Below are positions 56,373 to 64,000 of a stretch of 64,000 nucleotides of DNA, piece after piece; positions within the stretch are counted from its first letter, which is position 1, and each line of letters starts with the position of its first letter. The position numbers and the translations under genes are program-made. The notes under the pieces were generated by a model. That model was not told the DNA's origin, ran no database searches, and saw only the letters and a list, made by a program, of their open reading frames with translations. This DNA is from Desulfurivibrio sp. (lineage in GTDB: Bacteria > Desulfobacterota > Desulfobulbia > Desulfobulbales > SURF-16), in NCBI GenBank assembly GCA_003605035.1, contig QZKJ01000014.1, forward strand, positions 15,191-79,190. Direction: 5' to 3'.

Positions 56373-57056
56373 CTACAGCTCAGCCGCCCCGGCCCCGGAT
56401 TTCTCCCTGGCTTTGGCCTGCCAGCGTTCCTGCAGCTCGGGAATATTTTTGCTGTGGGTCAGAATGACCAGCTCGTCGCCCCGGCGGAACCTTGTTTCCT
56501 CGTCGGCATGAAAAAACTTGTCATCACGGTAATAGCAGACCACCCTGGCCTCCGCCGGCAGCCGTAACTCCCTGGCGGTGACCGCATCCTCCTCCCTGGC
56601 AATCAGGGTGAAAAATCGGGCCTCATCTTTGATGACCGCCGACAGCTCAAGATTCTCCACGCCGCTGATCATGTCCTCCAGATGCCGGCTGATGGTGCGG
56701 GAAGGGATGATGGTGTCCTGCAAACCCAGTTCCAGGCAGATGCCCTCAAACTGGGCATCAGCGATACTGGTCACCACCCGTTTGAACCCGAGTGAACGGC
56801 CCACCAGGCTGGCAATGACGTTTGCCTGATCGCTGTTGGTCAGACAGACCAGCACGTCGGTCTGTTCCGGATTGACCTCCCGCAGGATGTCCGGCCGGCT
56901 GCCGTCCCCCTGCAGAAAACTGCAGTCCAGCTGCGAGGAGAGTTCGTCGATCTTCACCTTGTTGGTCTCAATGATGACCACCTCATGCCCCTTGCTGATC
57001 AACGCCTTGGCGGTACCGATGCTCACCTCGCCTGCGCCGACAAAAACAATTCTCAT
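56373..57056 (-). CDS. trkA: Trk potassium uptake NAD-binding subunit
   Basis: RCK_N (IVFVGAGEV, GDGS, TNSDQAN) and RCK_C. Confidence 0.92.
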   Translation of the reverse strand: MRIVFVGAGEVSIGTAKALISKGHEVVIIETNKVKIDELSSQLDCSFLQGDGSRPDILREVNPEQTDVLVCLTNSDQANVIASLVGRSLGFKRVVTSIADAQFEGICLELGLQDTIIPSRTISRHLEDMISGVENLELSAVIKDEARFFTLIAREEDAVTARELRLPAEARVVCYYRDDKFFHADEETRFRRGDELVILTHSKNIPELQERWQAKAREKSGAGAAEL

Positions 57057-58519
57057 TTGACCTCCATTCTTCTGCCAAACCAGGTGCCCGGATAGAGCAG
57101 CACCAGCCAGGCGATGATTTCCAGCCTGCCCATCAGCATGTCAATGCACAGCACCCCCTTGAGCAGGCTCGGCAGAGCCGAGCTGGTGATGCCGACCGAA
57201 AGCCCCACGGTCCCGGTGGCGGAAACCACCTCGAACAGGGAGTCGAGGGGATCATACCCCATTGCCACGAAAACCAGCCAGGAGAGGGCGACCACCGCCA
57301 TGAACAGCAGGATCAGCAGCAGTGCCTCGCGGATCTCGGCTCCCTCCAGAATACGGCCCTCCAGCCGGGGTTCCACCACGGCGTGGCGCGGCAGGCAGGT
57401 CCGCACCAGGATAAAACGGAAAACGCCGATCGCGATCAGCAGCCGCAGCAGCTTGAAGCCGCCGGCGGTGGAACTAACCCCGCCACCCACCAGCATGGAA
57501 AAGATGAGGATCAGCTTGGAGCCGGCACTCAGCTCCGCACAGGGCATGGACGCGAAACCGGCGGTGGTCTGGGCCGAAACCGCCAGCTGCGGGGCATGGT
57601 GCAGTACCGCTGCCCAGGGCAGGTCAGTGGTTGTGCGCATGCTGGCCGCCAGCAGCAGGGACACGAGCAGGCCGGCCGCCAGCAACGCCCGCACCTGGGA
57701 AAGATCCCCGGGCATCGGGTGCCGGCGCCGGTAGAGCCGATGGTAAAAAGCCAGGGACACCGCCCCGGCCAGGCAGAGCAGACTGATCCACAGCTGGGCC
57801 GGCCAGGCGAAGACGCCGAGACTGGCGTCATAAGGGGCAAACCCTCCGGTGGAGACGGCGGAAAAGGTATACAGCACCGCATCAAACAGACCTAGCCCGG
57901 TCAGCAGCGCCCCCACGATGCCGATGACGGTGAGGGCCGCATAAACCTTCAAGACCCGCCGGGCATGAGCCCTGGTGCCGCCCACCAGATCATGGGCCTC
58001 GGCTTCGGTGACTGCCAGTCCCTTGGCCACCAGGCCGGGCTGCATGGCCAGGCCCAGGGACAAAATGACGATTCCCAGTCCCCCGTACCACTGCATCCAG
58101 GAACGGGCAAAGAGAAAGACGGCAGGCGCCCCGGCCAGCGTCGCCCTGGTGCTGAGCCCGGTGGTGGTCACGCCGGAGATGGCCTCAAAAAGGGCGTCGG
58201 CAAAGTCCATCCCCGAGGCCATCATCGGATAAGACATCACGAAGGGGGTGAACAGGAACATGAGGGCCACCAGCACCATGCCTTCATTGGCCTGCATGCT
58301 GGAAGGCGCCGGCAGGCGGGAAAGGGTGATTCCCAGGCCGAGAAGCAGGCAAATCACCAGCGCGTAGCGCAGGCCCATCTGCTGGTCGCCGAACAGCACC
58401 GCGACCAGCATGGTCACCCCGGTCAGCGCCGCCAGCACCAGACACAGCTGCCCGAAATACTTCCACACCACCCGCAAACGGACTGCATATCTGAGTTCTG
58501 CCGCCTGTCCGCTCACCAA
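57053..58519 (-). CDS. trkH: Trk potassium uptake membrane protein
   Basis: Four pore-loop motifs TTTGL, STGGF, TTAGF and GTVGL, plus SSTAGGFK and MLMGRLE. Confidence 0.94.
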   Translation of the reverse strand: MVSGQAAELRYAVRLRVVWKYFGQLCLVLAALTGVTMLVAVLFGDQQMGLRYALVICLLLGLGITLSRLPAPSSMQANEGMVLVALMFLFTPFVMSYPMMASGMDFADALFEAISGVTTTGLSTRATLAGAPAVFLFARSWMQWYGGLGIVILSLGLAMQPGLVAKGLAVTEAEAHDLVGGTRAHARRVLKVYAALTVIGIVGALLTGLGLFDAVLYTFSAVSTGGFAPYDASLGVFAWPAQLWISLLCLAGAVSLAFYHRLYRRRHPMPGDLSQVRALLAAGLLVSLLLAASMRTTTDLPWAAVLHHAPQLAVSAQTTAGFASMPCAELSAGSKLILIFSMLVGGGVSSTAGGFKLLRLLIAIGVFRFILVRTCLPRHAVVEPRLEGRILEGAEIREALLLILLFMAVVALSWLVFVAMGYDPLDSLFEVVSATGTVGLSVGITSSALPSLLKGVLCIDMLMGRLEIIAWLVLLYPGTWFGRRMEVK

Positions 58520-58560
58520 GAAAATCTCCCTCTCCGAGTTTGCCGCGTGCTCATTTTACC

Positions 58561-61284
58561 TTATCCGGCCAAAAACACCTGCAGTTTTTTGCGCAGGTCG
58601 GCGAGCATCTCCTGGTAGGGGGCCTCATCCTTGCGGATGGCGGCGATTTCCACCTCGTTTGCCGTTTTGGCCAGTTCATCCAGGAAGAAATTAAGCAGAA
58701 TGCCTTTCATGCCGTGGGCCGCGAAACTGAGTGAGGCAAGGTCGCCGGCGGCTGCTGCCCGTTCCGCCTCCTTGAGATGGTCCTCCAGGCTTTTCACCGT
58801 GATCTTGACGATCTCACCGACCTTTTCCGGCTTCAGGTCATACTGCTGCTGCAGTTTGAGCTGTATGGCCCCCAGCACGCTGGCGGCAACCGGCAACGGC
58901 TGCGGCTGGTCCGGGGGGGCTGCCGGCTGCGCGCCTGCGGCCCCGCCGGTCAGGCGGTCAATCACCGCATACAGGGCCGGGGCATTGAACGGCTTGGTCA
59001 GATAGTCATCCATACCCATGGCCAGGCACTGCTCCCGGTCCTTCTGCATGGCATGGGCGGTCATGGCCACCACCGGCAGATGACCGCCGCCATAGACGCT
59101 GCTGATCTTCCCGGCCAGCCCGGCGTTTTCTCCTCCGGCCAGCCCGGGATAAAGCTCAAGCGCCGCATCGGGTCTTCTCTCCTCACAGAGCCGGATGATC
59201 CTGGTGGCGGAAAAGCCGTCCAGCACCGGCATCCGCACATCCATCAGCACCAGATCGATGCTCTCCGCCGCCAGCAGACGGAGCGCCTCCACCCCATTGC
59301 CGGCCTCAAACACCTGATAGCCCTGCTTGGCGAGCAGGATTCTGGCCAGCTCCCGGTTGATGGGATGGTCCTCCACCAGCAGGATGTTCACCTCCCTGGC
59401 AGGCAGACTCCGTTCCCTGTTCCTCTCCCGGCTGTCCCCCGGCTGCCGGCCGCTCAAGGCAAACCGGATGCAGCGGGCCAGTTCATCCTTTTTGAAGGGC
59501 TTCATCAGGAAAAAGCATTTCTGCAGTTGCTGGCACCTTTTTGAGGTGCCTCTTTCCACCGAGGAGGAGAGCAGGATGAAGGGCATCATGGCCTCGCCCA
59601 GGATGCCGTCCAGCTGCTCCGCCAGGTCAAGCCCGTTGCGACCGTCCATGCGATAATCGAGAATAAGCAGGCTGTAGGGCTGGGAGGCGCGATTGGCCCG
59701 GTCCACCTCGCGGCTGGCCTCCTCGGCTGAGGCGGCCTCAGCCACCGGGAAATTCCAGCCCCGCAGAAACTCCTTGAGGATGTAGCGGTTTGTTTCATTA
59801 TCATCCACCACCAGCACCGGCAGCTGCGACGTGTCCACCTGAAAGCCGATTGGCTCCCCGGCGGCGTCCCCCCGGCGGAAACGGGCGGTGAAGCGGAAGA
59901 TGCTGCCGCCGCCCGGTCTGCTGTCAACCCAGATCCTGCCGCCCATCATCTCCACCAGTTTCCTGGCGATGGACAGTCCCAGGCCGGTGCCGCCATGCAG
60001 CCGCGCCACCGAACTGTCCGCCTGGCTGAAGGTATCGAAGATCATTTCCCTTTTGCCGGCCGGGATGCCGATGCCGGTATCGGCTACGGAAAAATGATAG
60101 AGCAGCAGCTGGTCATCGGCGGGATCAGTCTCCGCGCTCTCGACCCGCACGAAAATCTCCCCCCGGGGGGTGAATTTCACCGCATTGCCCACCAGATTGA
60201 AAAGGATCTGACTGAGCCGCAGCTGATCGCCGACCACCGCCACCGGCAGGTCCGCCGGCAGATAGGAAAAGAGCTCGACCCCCTTTTCATGGGCCTGGGC
60301 GGCGAAGGACTGCACGCAGGTCTCAATGGTTTCCCGCAGCTCAAAGGGCAGGATCTCCATTTCCAGCTGCCCGGCCTCAATCTTGGAGAAATCGAGAATG
60401 TCATTGAGCAGGCCGAGCAGGTTCTTGGCCGAACCCTGGACGGTGTTGAGATAGGAGCGCTGCTCTTCGTTCAGGTCAGTCTGCAGGGCCAGATCGGTCA
60501 TGCCGATGATGCCGTTCATCGGCGTCCTGATCTCATGGCTGATGTTGGCCAGAAATTCGCTTTTGATGCGATTGGCCGCCGCCGCCTCATCACGGGCCGA
60601 TTCGAGGCTGTGGATGAGCGGGTTGACAATGGTCAGCAGCACGGTTGCTCCGACCAGCAGCAGCACCACGGCCACGCCGACGGATAAAAAGCTCGCCTTG
60701 AAGAAAGCGGTGCGCATGTCGCTGATGGCGATTTTCGAGGCAAGCCCCCAGTCGATCCCCTCAATATGGGTGAAGGCCACCAGCACCGGCACCCCGAGAT
60801 GATCAACGACCTGCCTGACCCCGGTCCCGCCGGCGATGGCCTGGCCGATCGGCTTGTGACTGACCGAGGCCAGGGGAACCGGCGGCATCTCCATGCCGCG
60901 GGAATTGATAAAAAAAACACTGTCGCCCACCCGGCGGGCAATGACAAACTCCAGGCTCGTACTCCGCTTTTCATTGCTGTCGGTAAAAAAAGAGGGCAGC
61001 CGTTCCGAATGTTCGGCCATCTCCGCCGCATGCCGGCTCAGGGCCAGCAGAAACTTATTGATGTCAAAATCCCCGGCCCCTTTGTCCAGGGGGGAAAGGG
61101 CCTGCACATCCCTGACCAGGGCCTCAATCAGATGCGCCCGGCTGATGGTCATTTCCAGCAGCCGGATGCCCTGCTCCCGCACCGCCGTTCTGTACAGAAA
61201 ATAGATGCTGCCGCCGACCACCAGGGAGAGGAGCAGAAAGATTGTCGCGCTGAATATGGCTATTATCTTATGCCGTTCATTCAA
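58561..61284 (-). CDS. Membrane hybrid histidine kinase (HisKA, HATPase, REC x2, Hpt)
   Basis: Two TM segments, [19 protein letters not shown], two receivers and Hpt HGMKG. Confidence 0.93.
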   Translation of the reverse strand: MNERHKIIAIFSATIFLLLSLVVGGSIYFLYRTAVREQGIRLLEMTISRAHLIEALVRDVQALSPLDKGAGDFDINKFLLALSRHAAEMAEHSERLPSFFTDSNEKRSTSLEFVIARRVGDSVFFINSRGMEMPPVPLASVSHKPIGQAIAGGTGVRQVVDHLGVPVLVAFTHIEGIDWGLASKIAISDMRTAFFKASFLSVGVAVVLLLVGATVLLTIVNPLIHSLESARDEAAAANRIKSEFLANISHEIRTPMNGIIGMTDLALQTDLNEEQRSYLNTVQGSAKNLLGLLNDILDFSKIEAGQLEMEILPFELRETIETCVQSFAAQAHEKGVELFSYLPADLPVAVVGDQLRLSQILFNLVGNAVKFTPRGEIFVRVESAETDPADDQLLLYHFSVADTGIGIPAGKREMIFDTFSQADSSVARLHGGTGLGLSIARKLVEMMGGRIWVDSRPGGGSIFRFTARFRRGDAAGEPIGFQVDTSQLPVLVVDDNETNRYILKEFLRGWNFPVAEAASAEEASREVDRANRASQPYSLLILDYRMDGRNGLDLAEQLDGILGEAMMPFILLSSSVERGTSKRCQQLQKCFFLMKPFKKDELARCIRFALSGRQPGDSRERNRERSLPAREVNILLVEDHPINRELARILLAKQGYQVFEAGNGVEALRLLAAESIDLVLMDVRMPVLDGFSATRIIRLCEERRPDAALELYPGLAGGENAGLAGKISSVYGGGHLPVVAMTAHAMQKDREQCLAMGMDDYLTKPFNAPALYAVIDRLTGGAAGAQPAAPPDQPQPLPVAASVLGAIQLKLQQQYDLKPEKVGEIVKITVKSLEDHLKEAERAAAAGDLASLSFAAHGMKGILLNFFLDELAKTANEVEIAAIRKDEAPYQEMLADLRKKLQVFLAG

Positions 61285-61290
61285 GGCAGC

Positions 61291-61509
61291 TCACATTTCC
61301 TTGATCTCGACAACCTGATCCTTGTTGACCCGCACATTCTTGCCATCCAGGGTCTGGTACTCATAAAATCCCGTGTCCTCATCAAACTCAGGCTCATCGA
61401 CCATTTCCACCACCTTGCCGTCCTTGAGCATCATTCGGTAAGGCGTCGAACAGCCGGCCAGCGCCAGCGAGGCAAACAGACATAAACCGACAACTGCTCC
61501 TTTTTTCAT
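61291..61509 (-). CDS. YgdI/YgdR (DUF903) family lipoprotein
   Basis: Lipobox LAGC followed by YRMMLKDG...PEFDEDTGFYEY...DGKNVRVNKDQV. SD GGAGG upstream of ATG 61509. Confidence 0.88.
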   Translation of the reverse strand: MKKGAVVGLCLFASLALAGCSTPYRMMLKDGKVVEMVDEPEFDEDTGFYEYQTLDGKNVRVNKDQVVEIKEM

Positions 61510-61691
61510 GGCAACCTCCTCTCGCAACTCTTTAGCCGGACTGGCAGGAGTCCTGTTCCGTTCATCCATTTTCAGCGGGGATCATGCCCGCCATCGCATA
61601 CTGCCAGGGGAAATCTCCTGGCAGTCTTTAATCGAATATTATCCGGATTCCATAATTTTTCAAGAATTACCGCTAACAATTCCCTGATGTT

Positions 61692-61897
61692 AAGGGACTC
61701 GGGAAATACTCATAACCTGGATGGCGCCCGGATCTGGGTTGGATTTGGCGGCGCCGGTTGAGCAAAACCGCAGGCGCTGCAGGGCTACGCCTGCGGATTT
61801 TGCGATTGAGGCGCAGCCAAAGACCTCGGTGTCCCCTTGTGGGATGTGGCCCGAAGACGGGAAGCGTGATGGTAAATTGGTATTTCCCGAGTCCCTT
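61692..61897. mobile_element. 206-bp MITE with perfect 18-bp terminal inverted repeats
   Basis: AAGGGACTCGGGAAATAC ... GTATTTCCCGAGTCCCTT, with an internal hairpin CCGCAGGCG...CGCCTGCGG. Confidence 0.8.
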
Positions 61898-61932
61898 CAC
61901 TCTGTTCTGCGACTGCCGGCGCAGCGGGCCGG

Positions 61933-64000
61933 CTAACAGAATTTTTCCCCCTCGATGAGATACCGTTCCGCCTCCCGGACGGGCAGAGGCATGCTGATAA
62001 AAAATCCCTGGATCACATCACATCCCTGCTTCTGCAGAAAGGCCAGCTGCTCGGCGGTCTCCACCCCCTCGGCGATGGTTTTCAGTCCCAGACTTTTCCC
62101 CAGGGCAATAATGGCCTTGATGATGGCGGCATCATTGGCATCCGTGGTGATATCCATGACAAACCCGCGATCAATTTTCAGGGTGTCGAGCGGAAATCGC
62201 TTCAGATAACTCATGGATGAGTAGCCGGTGCCGAAATCGTCCACCGAGAGATTGACGCCCAGCTCCTTTAATTCAATGAGGGTCTGGTTCACCTGACTGA
62301 CATTCTGCATGATGGCGCTTTCCGTCAGTTCAAGCTCAAGACAGCCGGCGGCCAGCCCGGTCTGCTGCAACACCTGATCCACCAGCGCTGCCAGACCCTG
62401 CTGTTTGAACTGCAGGCTGGAGATATTGACCCCCATGCGCACCGGGACAAGCCCGGCCCGCTGCCAGAGCACCGCCTGCCGGCAGGCCTCCTGCAGCACC
62501 CACTCGCCGACCTCCACGATCAATCCCGTCTCCTCGGCGATGGGAATAAAGAGCGACGGCGGCACCATGCCCAGGCGGGGATGCAGCCAGCGCACCAGCG
62601 CTTCCACCCCGGCCAGCCGACCGGTCTGCAGATCAATCTGGGGCTGGTAATAGAGCAGCAGTTCCTTTCTTTCCATCGCTTTCTTCAGATCGGTCTCGAT
62701 GCTCAGTTTTTCCATGGCCCGCTGGTTCATCTGGGCAGAAAAGAACTGAAAGGTATTCCTGCCGATCTCCTTGGCATGGTACATGGCGACATCCGCATTT
62801 CTGAGCAGCATATCCACATCCTCGCCATCGCCGGGATAAAGGGTGATGCCGATGCTGCCCGAGATATAGACCTCCTGGCCGGCTATCCTGATCGGCTGGC
62901 TCAGCAGATCGAGAATGCGTTGCGCCACGCGGCCGGCGTGCTCCTCCTCCGCCAGCCTGGTCAACAGGATGGTGAACTCGTCGCCGCCCAGCCGTGACAG
63001 GGTGACCCCGGGTTTACAGGGCAGACAGGCCTTGGCCACGATATCCGAGGAACGGATGCTTTCCCCCAGGCAGTTGGCGATCTCCTGCAACAGGGTGTCG
63101 CCGGCGCTGTGGCCCATGGTGTCATTGATGCGCTTGAACCGGTCAAGATCGAGATAGAGCAGGGCTACCTTGCCGCCCTCCCGCCGGGCCGCCGCCAGGG
63201 CCTGCTGGAACAGCTGCAGGAACAGCTGCCGGTTGGGCAGGCCGGTCAGGCCGTCATAATAGGCCAGCAGGCGGATCTTTTCCTCGGCATTGATCCGCTC
63301 GGTGATATCCTGCACCGTGCCATGCATGCTGACTGGATTGCCCTGCTCATCGTGCACCACATCCGCCTGTTCGTGCACGTTGCGGCAGCTGCCGCCTGGC
63401 AGCAGAATGCGATAATCGATGCTGTACGGTTTTTTGGTCCGCAGGGCCGTGTCCACCAGTTCTCTGATCGCCTCGCGCTCATCGGGATGCACCCGGGTGA
63501 GAAAGGTTTTGTACGTGGCGGCGGGCTCCTGGAAGGACAGGCCGAAGATCCGGTACATCTGGGCGGAACAGAAAAGGCTGTTCTTTTCAATATCCCAGTC
63601 CCAGTTGCCCAGATTGGCGATGTTCTGGGCAATGGAGAGACGTTTTTCGCTCTGGCGCAGATTGCGGAAGGCGCGGCCCGCCCGCAGCAGGTAGCGCACC
63701 CGGTGGCTGAGCAGCGGCCAGTTGACCGGCTTGGTGACAAAATCGGTGGCGCCGACGTCAAAGGCCCGGCGGATGGAGGCAAAATCCTCCAGTCCAGTGA
63801 CCAGCACGATCACCGCATCCTGCCCGCCGGCCAGCCTGCGCATCATGGCGCAGGCGGTAAAGCCGTCCATCTTCGGCATCTTGACGTCCATCAGCACCAG
63901 ATCCGGGGAAGTGCGGGCAAAAGCGGCCAGGGCCTCCTCGCCATCCGCCGCCTCCTCCACCGCCAGGCTGAAGTCGTGCAGGGTTTCCCGCATGAGCAGA
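61933..64000 (-). CDS. REC-PAS-GGDEF-EAL protein (5'-partial, runs off window end)
   Basis: Receiver VLMDVKMP, PAS, RLGGDEF, EAL (GVEALVRW) and DDFGTGYSS. Frame is open at the window edge. Confidence 0.93.
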   Translation of the reverse strand, partial: LLMRETLHDFSLAVEEAADGEEALAAFARTSPDLVLMDVKMPKMDGFTACAMMRRLAGGQDAVIVLVTGLEDFASIRRAFDVGATDFVTKPVNWPLLSHRVRYLLRAGRAFRNLRQSEKRLSIAQNIANLGNWDWDIEKNSLFCSAQMYRIFGLSFQEPAATYKTFLTRVHPDEREAIRELVDTALRTKKPYSIDYRILLPGGSCRNVHEQADVVHDEQGNPVSMHGTVQDITERINAEEKIRLLAYYDGLTGLPNRQLFLQLFQQALAAARREGGKVALLYLDLDRFKRINDTMGHSAGDTLLQEIANCLGESIRSSDIVAKACLPCKPGVTLSRLGGDEFTILLTRLAEEEHAGRVAQRILDLLSQPIRIAGQEVYISGSIGITLYPGDGEDVDMLLRNADVAMYHAKEIGRNTFQFFSAQMNQRAMEKLSIETDLKKAMERKELLLYYQPQIDLQTGRLAGVEALVRWLHPRLGMVPPSLFIPIAEETGLIVEVGEWVLQEACRQAVLWQRAGLVPVRMGVNISSLQFKQQGLAALVDQVLQQTGLAAGCLELELTESAIMQNVSQVNQTLIELKELGVNLSVDDFGTGYSSMSYLKRFPLDTLKIDRGFVMDITTDANDAAIIKAIIALGKSLGLKTIAEGVETAEQLAFLQKQGCDVIQGFFISMPLPVREAERYLIEGEKFC

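Overview
GC-rich bacterial chromosomal segment. Gene content (many Cache/CHASE/PAS hybrid kinases, GGDEF/HD-GYP/PilZ proteins, heme-c MCP, a ZraP-like protein with a sigma54-type promoter) suggests a deltaproteobacterium such as Desulfobacterota/Desulfobulbales; this is inference only. About 40 protein-coding genes are present, dominated by signal transduction. Other genes are an AcuC/AcuB/acyl-CoA transferase-GNAT acetylation operon, a TRAP transporter split by a PilZ gene, SulP, TrkAH, YhaO/YhaN and an mprF deletion remnant. I saw no rRNA, tRNA, CRISPR array or intact transposase. The most unusual signals are these. (1) A ~245-bp non-coding element occurs as two full copies and one partial copy; tandem arrays of a 19-nt hairpin unit are inserted in the two full copies independently, in opposite orientations, at the same CTTTA^GGCA site and without target duplication. 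(2) A membrane-anchored ubiquitin-conjugating (E2)-like protein keeps its catalytic Cys but has no E1/Ubl/JAB neighbour. (3) A soluble ClpB-D2/FtsH chimeric metalloprotease has two AAA modules that both lack the Walker B glutamate. (4) A B12-dependent radical SAM enzyme is fused to a trigger-factor-like FKBP domain. All domain calls come from motif recognition by eye, not from database searches.
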